Origin: Hemiscyllium ocellatum
Lineage: Eukaryota
NCBI RefSeq assembly: GCF_020745735.1
Contig: NC_083431.1
Span: forward strand, 15,838,496 to 15,902,495
DNA: 64,000 nucleotides
Direction of reading: 5' to 3'
Each line of letters starts with the position of its first letter. Position 1 is the stretch's first letter. The position numbers and the translations under genes are program-made. Shown here piece by piece: positions 25,495 through 36,470 of this stretch. The notes under the pieces were generated by a model, which ran no database searches, was not told the origin of the DNA, and saw only the letters and a list, made by a program, of their open reading frames with translations.

Positions 25495-25950
25495 ACCTTA
25501 AGATATAGGCCATTAAGACCATCTCGTCTCCTTCAACATTCAATGATATCATGGCTAATCTGACAATTCCCAAATACACTTTCCTGCTTTTTCCCTACAC
25601 ACCACAATTCCCCTTCTGACTAAAACTCTGTCTATCTCAGCCTTGAATGTACTTAATGACACAACCTGATGCAAAGTACTCATTCAACTTCACTACCATT
25701 TCCTGGTTCCTCATTATTATTTCACCAACCTTATTCTCTGAGGAATCCACATTGTCTTTTTCTTGCTTTTTATACATTGAAGAAAGCCCTTACTGTCCTT
25801 TTTAAATTACTTGCCAGTATACCCATGAAGTTTATTTTCTCCCTTTTTTTGTCATATTTTGATGGTTTTTAAAACTTCCTAATACTCTGGGTTACCACTA
25901 ATCTCTGTAGCATTGTGCATTTGTTTCTTTCAATTTGATGCTATCCTTAA
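25495..25950 (-). mobile_element. Degenerate CR1 fragments
   Basis: CR1 tail (ggccattaagaccatc) and ORF2-like remnants. Confidence 0.55.
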
Positions 25951-26685
25951 CTTCCTACCACAGGGTCTCACCAAGGATAGTTCTTAGGAGGCTGGTTTTC
26001 CTGGCAAAGGCAGAATGGTCCATTATGAGGAAAAGAGTCAAAGATTGACCTCTGCTTCCCTGTCAGAGGATCTGACAGTGACATTGGCAATAGCCATCTT
26101 AGAATATGGAGCCCGATATGCCAAAACTAAGCGGGCTAAAGGAGCTCTTGCTGATGCAAATGGGGCATAAACTATAGAATGAATACATGCTGAACGCACA
26201 ACAAAAAGTAACAAAGTATTTGCAAGAACATTTCTTACAATTGGTTGAACATTCTCCACAATATCGGCACAAGGTACAAAGTATTATAAAAGCTTAGTAA
26301 AAACCTGGACATTATGGAAAGTAACTATGATGGGCCATCTCCATTCCATTGGAGAGAAACATATCAATGTGTGCAGATTTCCCAGCTTCGCTCAGCTCCT
26401 TTTTCCCGACTGAAGCAGATTTTGAGAAAACAAGGGTGTATGACAGACAGACAACTGACACAAAGGGTGGACCTTTGGGATGGCTAAATGAATGGATCAG
26501 ATGGATTTCAAAACTTATGATAGGTGAATTAATAGATATTTTCACTGAACTGGTGCAACTTCAACAGAAATCTGAGAGATTCAATGAAAGTCATGAAAAG
26601 CCATGGCATCTAACTTTAATGCAAATTGAAAGTTTTACCATGAACAATTAAAAGCAAGTACCACAGGACTCTGTTCATTGCTTAC

Positions 26686-27012
26686 CTTCTACACTCACTT
26701 GGATGTAGCGTTTGATTGGTTTGTCTATGCTGACGTGCTCAACTCGACATGTATAGGTAACACCGTTGTCACTGAGGGACGCTGTGAACCGGAAAAAGCT
26801 GGTCACGTTGTAGGTGCCATCCATGTTCCGCTTGTGGGGTGAGAAGACGACATTGGTCATGTAAACGGGCAGCATGTGCCTCTCACCCTTCTGCCGCAGC
26901 CACTTCACCTCTACATCAAGTGGATAATACCTCCCTGCGTCACAGACCAGCTTTTGCTCATCCCCTTCTATAAGGGAAACCGAATTGGGGTACACTGAGA
27001 CAATGGGCGACT
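26686..27012 (-). CDS. TAPBPL: Tapasin-family gene exon 5 (IgC1 domain)
   Basis: ESPIVSV..LVCDAGRYYPLDVEVKW..DGTYNVTS..YTCRVEHVS; ttttctag / gtaagc; phase 1-1. Confidence 0.95.
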
Positions 27013-27718
27013 CTAGAAAATAAGCAAACATACTGTATTGCAACTTCACAACAACTGAACACACATTCAAGTTTTACAGGTGATTTTTAACACTTAGGAT
27101 TTTCAGCTTTCAATCCATTTAATTAGAATAACAGTGCTTTCCATTGAGAACATGACAAGTAACCAAGAAATACCTTTTTTAAAATCATACAGCCTTTGAC
27201 AGTAATATTTTCTGTACAATCATGTTACACTGTTAACACACTATATCAAAAGTTGGTGAAACAGCTTGTATTTGATGGAAAATTATGATGACAGCAGCAG
27301 GGCACAGATAATAACATCCATCTATGAAGCCTCAGCATTTGCTCAGTACAGGACAACAATAATCTTGCACTGCTCCCCCAAGCCTACACTGCTAAATTTG
27401 GCTCATATGTCTCTACAGCAGAATCTCAACCCATATCCAAACACAGAAAATGCTGGAGAAACTCAGCAGATGGACACACAGCATCTGTAGAGAGGTGAAT
27501 TGAGTTAACACTTTGAGTCTGGTATGATTCCTCTTCGAATGTGGAGAACATAAGACCAGGAGCAAGTCACTGAGCCCCTCTATAGTAAACAGCAAACAGC
27601 TGGTGCACAACTGAACTGGATTGCAATCACATTGATCAGGGCAGGCATATGTGTGGTGCACTGGTAGTGTCCCTGCCTCTGGACTAAGTAACTAAGTTCA
27701 ATTCCCAGCTGCGCTGCG

Positions 27719-28043
27719 GGACATAGAAACATATAACTTAGGAACAGGAGTTGGCTATCCGATTCTTCCTGACGAAGGGCTTTTGCCCGAAACGTTGATT
27801 TTACTGCTCCTCGGATGCTGCCTGAACTGCTGTGCTTTTCCAGCATCACTAATCCAGAATCTGGTTTCCAGCATCTGCAGTCATTGTTTTTACCTATCTG
27901 ATTCTTCAAGCCTGTTCAACCAATCTACAAAGACCAGGATTGATGTAGTTCTGGTCCTTTTAAAGTATTGCCTTTCAGCTGGCAATGCATGAGCCTATGA
28001 GTTTTCTTGCTCAGCTTCGACCCTGGATTCAATCATTGTTGTA
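27719..28043 (+). repeat. Local duplication, copy with Penelope-like insertion
   Basis: Aligns to 31305-31510 once 27769-27907 is removed. Confidence 0.9.
27769..27893 (+). mobile_element. Penelope-like insertion (family A) with core-intact hammerhead
   Basis: CTGACGA-AGGGC-TTTT-GCCC-GAAA-CGTT-GA; 14-bp TSD ctatc(c/t)gattcttc at 27755-27768 and 27894-27907. Confidence 0.85.
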
Positions 28044-28379
28044 CAATTAAAGAGATACATACTTAATATAACACCTCTGAGGAATTGATTAGAAAATATC
28101 TTTCTGACAACCAGGGTGAAGATTTTTTGCTTTGCTGGTACAAATCTGAACAACTTACACTCGACTTTTCAACCTGATCAGAAAATGCACCTGGCTATAG
28201 GTTGGAATAATTAATCTAGGCGCAATTTCCAGAATACAACTTCAGCTTTATTCAGGAGGCAGTAAGGTGAAAATGATCCTTCTGCTGACTTCTGCACTGT
28301 TCTGTTACCAAATTAATACATTTCCACCGTCATCTGTTCATTTTCAACTCTAGCTAATTTATGTGATTGAAAACCTTAC

Positions 28380-28718
28380 CCATAATCTCCACCTCGATGG
28401 TGTGAGTTCCAAAGAGTGGAGGCACATACACAGAGCAAAGGTAGGATCCCTCATCTTTAACGCCAATGTTTCTTAGGAGGAGTGAAGCATTTCCCTGCTT
28501 GATCTGGTCCATGAATAATTCAACTCCTTTCTCAATGTATTCAACCCGCTGATGTCGCCCGTTGTAGGCAAATAATTTCTTCTTATTCCCTTTGTGCTGG
28601 TATCGCCAGTCAATGTTAAAGTCGGTGCTGTGATCAATCGTGTAGCCACAGTCCAGAACAAGGTCTTGCTTCAATTTGGCTCTGATCAATGGGGTCCTGG
28701 TGTGCACAATATAGGCCA
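28380..28718 (-). CDS. TAPBPL: Tapasin-family gene exon 4 (IgV-like domain)
   Basis: VAYIVHTRTP..LDCGY..IDWRYQHKG..GNASLLLRNIGVKDEGSYLCSV; phase 1-1. Confidence 0.95.
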
Positions 28719-29007
28719 CTAACAAATTTAAGAAAAAAGTCATTACCATCCATTTTTGTAACAGTTAACTCACTACACACAACTCAGCCAAAACTGTTTG
28801 AAACTGTACTTTCCCTCAAGTTCAGCATCTTAAATATGCGGTTGTAAGTTGTTTATATTACATCCGATGTTTCATCTCTTGCATTATTATTGAAATTGAT
28901 AAGAGTTTTAATAAGCTTATGAAAAACAAATATTGCCCACATCGCGCACACATTCTTGCAGCACTCACTCTGAACATGCACTTACCTGGTCAACATTCAA
29001 ATATTAC

Positions 29008-29298
29008 CTTGAACTAACAGAGTGTCAGTGTCAGCGATGACTAAATCTTCATCATCAGTTTTTGCTTCACTTTTCTCAACCTTCTGGCTATCGGGCTCTT
29101 CTACCATCCTCATGAAGCTGGTTACAGTGAATCTGCTAGGTAAATATTTTAAAGTCACTGTGAACCATACGTCCTCAATGGTCTCCTTACCCTGGTGTGG
29201 CCAGGGCACATGGATGCCATGAGTAGAATACCGACTAATTTCACATCCCACTGTGTCCAGTTTCTTGTCCGCATATTGGAAAATATCTAATGAAGATT
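29008..29298 (-). CDS. TAPBPL: Tapasin-family gene exon 3 (N-domain)
   Basis: ESSLDIFQY..VGCEISRY..WFTVTLK; ttttaacag / gtaata; phase 1-1. Confidence 0.9.
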
Positions 29299-29576
29299 CT
29301 GTTAAAAAAACGATTGATTCACATAATAATTAACAGCAAGTTATTAGAAACAGATGCAAATCAGAGAAAAGTTTCAATACTAATGAAGCAGAGTTTGCTG
29401 TTCCTCCCACATTGTAAGATCCTAGAAACCTTTCTGAGTACATTGAATTTAGAAATTGAAAATATACATATTTTTCATAGACTGACTTCAAAGAGCTGAA
29501 GAACCTGTAGACCTGAGAGTCCCAAAAGATGTCTTCCAACTAAACACTGAAAATGCTGTCTAACTTTTGATTGAAA

Positions 29577-29931
29577 TAGAGTCAAGATTAGAGTGGTGCT
29601 GGAAAAGCACAGCAGGTCAGGCAGCATCCAAGGAGCAGGAAAATCAATGTTTCGGGCAGGAGCCCTTCATCAGGAATGGGGCTGGGAGCATCCAGGGTGG
29701 AGAGATAAATGTGAGGGGGATGGGCTGGGGAGAAGGTAGCTAAGAGTACAATAGGTGGAAAGGAGGTGGGGAAAAAGGTGATAGGTCGGAGAGGAGGGTG
29801 GAGTGGATGGGTGGGAAGGAAGATTGGCAGGTAGGACAGGTCATGAGGATGGTGCTGAGCTGCAAGGTTGGAACTGGGGTAAGGTGAGGGAGGGGAAATG
29901 AGGAAATTGGTGAAGTCCAGTGAAGTCCACT
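29577..29931 (-). mobile_element. Penelope-like 3' fragment (family A) with hammerhead motif
   Basis: Minus strand CTGATGA-AGGGC-TCCT-GCCC-GAAA-CATT (29645-29677); 12-bp TSD ttttgattgaaa at 29565-29576 and 29932-29943. Confidence 0.85.
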
Positions 29932-30611
29932 TTTTGATTGAAACAGGTCAACCTTCTTGAGTAAGCTAACCCTGTCATGTTACCATTTCAGAAATTGTGC
30001 AGAATTTTTTTCTTCCAACAATGGATTCTTGTTAATACATTTTCCTCCAAGAAACAGAAAGAAATGCATTTATTTAGCACCTTTCACAAGCTCAGGATAT
30101 CTCCAAGAGTTTTTAAACCAAGGAATTACATTTGACAAGTAATCATTGGAGTAATATAAGAAATGCAGAAGCCAATTGAAGCACAGCAACCTGCCCAGGT
30201 ATACTCCCAAAACTTCACTTTATTGGAAGACTCAGTAAATGAATTGCTTCACTATGTTAAGCTCCACATGCACCAAATTGAACTGGGGGGTGCGCAAGAT
30301 TGTTCGTTCTTTCACGTTGTGTACTCTGACACGGCAAGTCACATAACCTATGGCTAACGTTAATCCTAAATGACTGCATCAATTTTATACTCTATTGGAT
30401 TACAATCAAAAGACCATGCACGAAGTCTCTCCTAAACTCCATATTAATTGTATGTCAATTATGTTCAATCACTTATGGTCTTAAAACAGTACCTATTTGA
30501 AGTTGAGCACTTTAGTGAAAGGAGGCCTTCCTCAATATTCCTCCCCTAACCAGAAGGCATCAAACCCTTGGTGCTTGGTGGCACCAATTGTCCTCCCTTA
30601 CTTAAATGTGT

Positions 30612-30830
30612 GTGTGATGCGTGTGTGGAATGGGCTGCCAAAGGATGTGCTGGAGACTAGTACAATTGCAACATTTAAAAGGCATTTGGATGGTTATATG
30701 AATAGGAAGGGTTTGGAGGGGTATGGGCTGGGTGCTGGCAGGTGGGACTAGATTGGGTTGGGATATCTGGTCAGCATGGACGAGTTGGATCAAAGAGTCT
30801 GTTTCCATGCTGTACATCTCTATGACTCTA
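30612..30830 (+). mobile_element. HER1-type CR1 3' end
   Basis: RVWNGLPKDV..FKRHLDGYMN and tail ctatgactcta. Confidence 0.9.
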
Positions 30831-30894
30831 TATGCAGGTAAATGGCATTCTTTGAGGCTTCACTTGATTGCACAGAAGGGGACCCTACATTAGG

Positions 30895-31262
30895 TGACAA
30901 CTTACCTAGACTTAGGGGCCCAGGGTCAAGTCCCACCCGCTCTAGAGGTGTGTAATAACATCTTTGAGCAGGTTGATTAGGAAAAATAGATTTAATTTTA
31001 ACAAATTACAAAGTCAATCACTTGTGGTACAGTTGTACTGTCCCTGAGTTTGAGCCAGGAATCCTAGGTTGAAGTCCCATCTGCTCCAGAGGTGTGTGAC
31101 AACATCTCTGAACAAGTTGATTCAAAAATATAATTGAGTGCACATAGGGTCATTGTGTTACAGTGACAGTGTCCCTGTTGCTTGGTACCAACGCATAGGT
31201 TAAAGTCCCACCTGCTTCAGAGGTGTGTTATAGCATCTCTGAGCAGATTAATCAGAAAATAT
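30895..31262 (+). repeat. Three tandem ~110-bp tRNA-headed SINE units
   Basis: Recurring ..(g)gtt(c)aagtcccac(c)tgct(c)cagaggtgtgt..catct(c)tga(g)caggttgatt..aaaata. Confidence 0.75.
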
Positions 31263-31304
31263 CTTGAGCACACTTTAAAAGACACTGACTGAAACTGTAG
31301 TGCA

Positions 31305-31510
31305 GGACATAGAAACATAAAACTTAGGAACAGGAGTTTGCTATCTGATTCTTCAAGCCTGTTCAACCACTCAATAAAGACCAGGATTGATGTGATTCTG
31401 GTCCTTTTAAAGTATTGCCTTCAGCTGGCCATGCGTTACCCTATGAGTTTTCTTGCTTAGCTTCAGATCTTGGATTCAATTACTGTTGTACAATTAAAGA
31501 AATACATACT
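31305..31510 (+). repeat. Local duplication, empty-site copy
   Basis: Single ctatctgattcttc at 31341-31354 where the paralogue has TSD plus insertion. Confidence 0.9.
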
Positions 31511-31949
31511 GAAATTTAGCTAGACAGTAATTCGTCTTGAGGATATTTTTGACTGAGCTTGTCTGCTGGGAAACTGTAGGATCATATGGAACATCTGTTC
31601 AAATCTTAGGCCAATATTAATCACCAGCAACTTAAAATAAAATCAGGCTAAATATAAAACCAGTGTTGCGCTTAAATCTATTAATTTCCCAATAGGAGTT
31701 GATGGGTGTTACAATTTACCCTTCAAATGTGTTTTACAGCATTTATTACGCCTTTCCTTAGATATCAGTGTATTGTTTGAATTATTATGAGCAATGCCAT
31801 TGGAGATCTGCTACTCTAACAAAATAAACAATGCAGGACTTTAATACAGGTAACTTAGGGAGCATTAAAACGTTTCCATGCTGTTTTACTCTGTGTACAG
31901 TAGGGGGCACGCCTGAGAGAATCGATTTGAGGATATGTTTCATCCTTAC

Positions 31950-32129
31950 CTTGAACTTTAAAAATAATGGCCTCCTCATTCGTAATGATATCACCAAATA
32001 GTAGGTTTGCCTTCCTCTTGAGGGTCGTTGGTCCAAACATATCAGTCCCTTCATTTTGTTTTTGTTCCACAAACACGCAGTCCAACTTTCTGCCTGGAAT
32101 CCTTCGGCCATACTGTGCCTGCACGATTC
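31950..32129 (-). CDS. TAPBPL: Tapasin-family gene exon 2
   Basis: GIVQAQYGRRIPGRKLDCVFVEQK..KRKANLLF..IIFKVQ; tttttaag / gtaagg; phase 1-1. Confidence 0.9.
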
Positions 32130-32579
32130 CTTAAAAATACATAGAAACAGCTAAAAAATAAAATTTTAACACCACTCCACAAAATACCCAGACACCTTAA
32201 TGAATAAACAAATCTTGTCACACTGATTCTCATCATATAAATTAATCTCACAGTGGCCTATGCATTCAAAGTTCAAAAACATACAGTAAACTAAAAGTTG
32301 AACATTTCGTCCATTCGTAACAAGATCAATTTGCCATTTGATCAAAAGATTGCAGAACTTGAGAATATTAGCTAGGATTTTGCCCTCCTCCTAAAGTTTT
32401 CATTAGTGGGCTTCATTCTGAAGCCTACTCATTTTACATGCAGATTCTTTGTGACTCCTGAAATTAAAGTAGCCTTAAATCCAAGTGTACATGCACATCG
32501 CTGTTATATTACTTAGTTGACTACAGTCAAACTAGCCTCAATCCTAATATGAAGTTAAGTATAAATAGGTCTCTTTATT

Positions 32580-33550
32580 TCATAGAAGCATAGGAGCAGG
32601 AGGAGGCCATTCAGCCCTACAAGCCTGCTCACTCATTAATTATGACCATGGCTGATCGTCCAACCTAATAGCCTAACCCTGCTTTCTCCCCATAACCTTT
32701 GACCCCATTCACCCCAAGTGCCAAATCTAGCTGAGCCTCTTGAATACATTGTGTTTTGGCATCAACTACTTCCTGTGGTAATGAATTCCACAGGCTCACT
32801 GCTCTTTGGGTGAAGAAATGGCTCATCTCCATCCTAAATGGTCCACCCTGAATCCTTAGATTGTAACCCCTGGATCTGGACACAACCACCTTTGGGAACA
32901 TTGTCCCTGCATTTACCCTATCTAGTCTGGTTAGAATTTTACAAATCTCTATGAGATTCCCCCACCCGTCTGAATTCCAGCGAGAACAATCCTAACCTAG
33001 TCAATCTCTCCTCATACATCAGTCCTGCTATCCCTGGAACCCACCTGGTAAACCTTCGCTGCACTCCCTCGAGTAATAGCATCCTTCCTCAGAAAAGGAG
33101 ACGAAAACTGCACACCATATTCTAGGTGTGGCCTCATCAAGGCCCTGTATAAGTGCAACAACACATCCCTGCTCCTGTACTCAAAGCTTCTCACAATGAA
33201 GGCTAACATACCATTTGCCTTCTTCACCTGCTGCACCTGCATACCTACCTTCAGCGACTGATGCACAAGGACCACCCAGGTCCTGCTGCACACTCCCTTC
33301 TAACAGTTTGTACCCATTCAGGTAGCCATCTGCCTTCTTACTTTTACTTCCAAAGAGAATAAACTCACACTTATCCAAATTATACTGCATCTGCCATTGA
33401 TTTGCCCAGATCATCCCGAAAGACCACTGCATCCTCGTCACAGTTCACCCTCCCTCCCAACTTAGTACCATCTACAAACTTTGAGATGTTACATGTTGGT
33501 CCCTCATCCAATATATATTGTGGGGTCCTAGCACTGATCCCTCTGGCACC
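32580..33550 (-). mobile_element. CR1 LINE 3' region
   Basis: KKANGMLAFI..YRALMRPHLEY.., FFTQRAVSLWNSLP; tail. Confidence 0.9.
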
Positions 33551-33557
33551 TCGCTAG

Positions 33558-33800
33558 TTTAGATTCCCTACAGTGTGGAAATAGGCCCTTTGGCCCAACC
33601 AGTACACACCAACCCTCCAAAGAGTAACCCACCCAGACCCATTTCCCTCTGACTAATGCACCTAACACTGTGGGAAATTTAGCATGGCCAATTCACCTGA
33701 CCTGCACATCTTTGGACTGTGGGAGGAAACCGGAGCACCCCAAGGCTAGAATCGAACCTTGGACCCTGGTGCTATGAGGCAGCAGTGCTAGCCACTAAGC
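33558..33800 (-). mobile_element. HE1-related SINE with internal deletion
   Basis: HE1 tail and part of the V-domain; divergent head. Confidence 0.75.
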
Positions 33801-34401
33801 TCCAGTTACTACCTGCTGATTTGAAAAGGACCTATTAATTCCTACTCTTGGTTTCCGCTGAATTTCAAATCCAGTTGTAGGTTTCAAAGGCTTTCAACCA
33901 GACTGCACACCACTCTGTCCACTCAATTCAGTCCACAGGCCCATAGATAACCCTTAAGTAAAACCCTCAGATTTCTGTAAACAACACAGGCGGTGCCTTT
34001 TTCTCTGCTTTGGTTAGTTACTCACTCTCAGGCTCCAGTCTAATCAAACTAGAGCAGATTACGATAGAGGTATAGAGCCTAAACATGACTACATGGTAAA
34101 AATGGGAGGGGTCACAAAAGCCATTTTATTCGCCCCTCATTGACATTGTGACCCAATGGTTTTCATCTCAGACTGACACGTTCATTGAAGACTATTCTAC
34201 AGATATCACCAACAACCGAAATATAGGCAGTTAAGCTGCCATTTTAACCAGGTCTTGCACGTTAAGGATCCCATGAGTATTCAGTGTCACGTTCGAGACG
34301 CCGCTGCCCTCGGCCGACTGTGGAACACAAGGGCAGATCATTGACAATGCTCAAACACGCTCTGCCTCTTTTATCCTGGTGGACGCGTCCGACCTTCTTA
34401 C

Positions 34402-34447
34402 CGGCAGCAAAGATACAAAAAAGCAACAGGAACATTTCCAGATACAT
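34402..34447 (-). CDS. TAPBPL: Tapasin-family gene exon 1 (signal peptide). 435-aa protein; TAPBPL here means tapasin-like, orthology to human TAPBPR not established
   Basis: MYLEMFLLLFCIFAA G|gtaaga; phase 1 fits exon 2. Confidence 0.8.
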
Positions 34448-34475
34448 TGTGCATTCTCAGTTCAGGCGCGGTGAC

Positions 34476-34488
34476 ACTTTCGGTTTCG
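34476..34488 (-). promoter_or_regulatory. ISRE / IRF element
   Basis: CGAAACCGAAAGT on the gene strand, 29 bp upstream of the ATG; matches GAAA-NN-GAAA. Confidence 0.75.
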
Positions 34489-34655
34489 ATTTAGCGAGGA
34501 AGCTTCTGATCGTTGCAGTTGGAGGGACACCAGTTTCGAAATGAGAATAGACTGTTGCGAGGTCTAAGCGAGAGGTGGAGTGTTGTTCATTTCTCGTGTG
34601 GTATTCCACCTTTAATGGACGTTGCAAAAAGAAACCAATTACAGGCAACTGTATT

Positions 34656-34783
34656 CCTGATGAAGGGCTTATGCTCGAAACGTCAAATCCTCTATTCCTG
34701 AGATGCTGCCTAACCTGCTGTGCTTTGACCAGCAACACATTTGCAGCTGTGATCTCCAGCATCTGCAGACCTCATTTTTTACT
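34656..34783 (+). mobile_element. Penelope-like insertion (family A) with core-intact hammerhead, in the tapasin-like promoter
   Basis: CTGATGA-AGGGC-TTAT-GCTC-GAAA-CGTC; 9-bp TSD aactgtatt at 34647-34655 and 34784-34792. Confidence 0.85.
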
Positions 34784-35029
34784 AACTGTATTTAGTCTAC
34801 ATTCAAGATTTTCCAATACAGTTAAACAGCGACTGAGTGTCGGAGTAAGGTTGCCATGGATGTTTGCAGGACAGCTTTTATTTGGGGGGGGGGGGGGGGC
34901 AGGGGTGGAGCGGAAGAGGGGAACTTTAAAGAGCGAAAAGGGAAATTGGAAATGTTGGAGTAGTCTTTGACCGACTGGATATTACCAGCATGTGCTATGG
35001 GAAAATGCCAAGTTAGTTTACAAGGGAAA

Positions 35030-35525
35030 AAGATGGAACAGATTATTATTTAAATGAAGAGAAACAACAGAAAGCTGCAACATAAAGGGTATTGGGCATT
35101 ATTGTGGATGAAACACAGAAAAGTGGCACACTGGTGCAGCAAGGAGTCTGAAAGGCTTAATGGAATGTTGGTTCTGATTTCAGCAGGGTTGGATTATAAG
35201 AGTAGGGATTACAAGCTGCACAAGGAACAGTCTAGACCATATCTGCACAGCTTGGTCCTTTTATTTAAGGAAAGATGTCATTTCATTTGAGGGAGGTCAG
35301 AGGAGATTCACTCAGACGATTCCTTATATAAAGGGATTGCTGTATGAGCAAAAGCTAAACAGGTTGGGACCCTACTCACTAGAAGTGGTATCATTGAGAT
35401 ATATCAGATTCTTACTGGGCTAGACAGGGTCAATGCTGAGAGGATGTTTCCCCTCATGGGCGAATCTAGGACCAGAAGGCATATGACCAGAATAAGGCGG
35501 TACCTATTTAAGACTGAGCTGATAA
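35030..35525 (+). mobile_element. Degenerate CR1 fragment
   Basis: RLNGMLVLISAGLDYKSR.. remnants; tail resumes near 36470-36650. Confidence 0.65.
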
Positions 35526-35529
35526 ATTT

Positions 35530-36470
35530 CTTGAGATGTGGGCATCACTGGCTGGCCAGTATTTATTGTCTGTCCCTAGTTGGCCCTTGAAAAGGTGGTG
35601 GTGAGCTGCCTTCTTGAACTGCTGCAGTCCACCTGCTGTGAATTGACCCACAATGCCATTAAGGAGGGAATTCCAGGATCTTGACCCAGTGACAGGGAAG
35701 AAACACTGACATAGTTCCAAGTCAGGATGGTGTGTGGCTTGGAGGGGAACTTGAACTTGGTGATGTTCCCATATATCTGCTGCCCTTGACCTTCTAGGTG
35801 GAAGTGGTAGTGAGTTTGGAAGGTACTGTCGGAGGATGTTTGGTGAATTTCTGCAGTGCATCATATAGATAGTACACAGTGCTACTACCAAGCACTGTGA
35901 AGGGAAAGGATGCTTATGGATATAGTGCCAATCAAACTGGCTGTTTTGTCTTGGATGGTGTCAAGCTTGAGTGTTGTTGGGGCTGCATTCATCCAGGCAA
36001 GTGGGGAGTATTCCATCACACTCCTGACTGTGCCTTGTAAATGGTGGACAGGGTTTTGGCATTCTGGAGGGGAGTACTCACTGCAGTATTCTTGGCCTCT
36101 GACCTGCTCTCATAGCAACAACATTCATGCAGTGAGTCCAGGTGAGTTTCTGACCAATGAGAACTCCCAGAATGTTGATAGTAGGAGACTCAGTGATGGT
36201 AACACCATTGAATGTCAAGGGGTGGTGGTAAGTTTGTCCATTATTGGTGATGTTCACAGCCTGGCACTTGTGTGGCATGAATGCTACTTGCCACTTGTCA
36301 GCACAAGCCTGGATATTGTGCAGATCTTGTTGCTTTTGGATAAGGATTTCTTCAATATCAGAGGAGTCATGAAGAGTGCTGAGCATTGTGCAATCATCAG
36401 CAAACATCCCCACTTCAGACCTTATGATGGAGAGAAGGTAATTGAAGAAGCAGCTGAAGGTGGGTATTTG
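35530..36470 (-). mobile_element. CR1/L2-clade LINE 3' region
   Basis: GMFADDCT..QQDLHNIQACADKWQVAFMPHKCQ (36078-36413). Confidence 0.85.

Noticed and set aside
26038-26545. Candidate terminal exons implying a soluble, TM-less tapasin-like protein
   Set aside because: A clean TM exon (21701-21793) and KKxx tail were found downstream; these phase-1 acceptors have no further support.
34635-34859. Possible MHC SXY module (GTTGCCATGG at 34850-34859, CCAAT at 34635-34639)
   Set aside because: Spacing is about 75 bp even after removing the insertion, far from the roughly 20-bp X-Y spacing.
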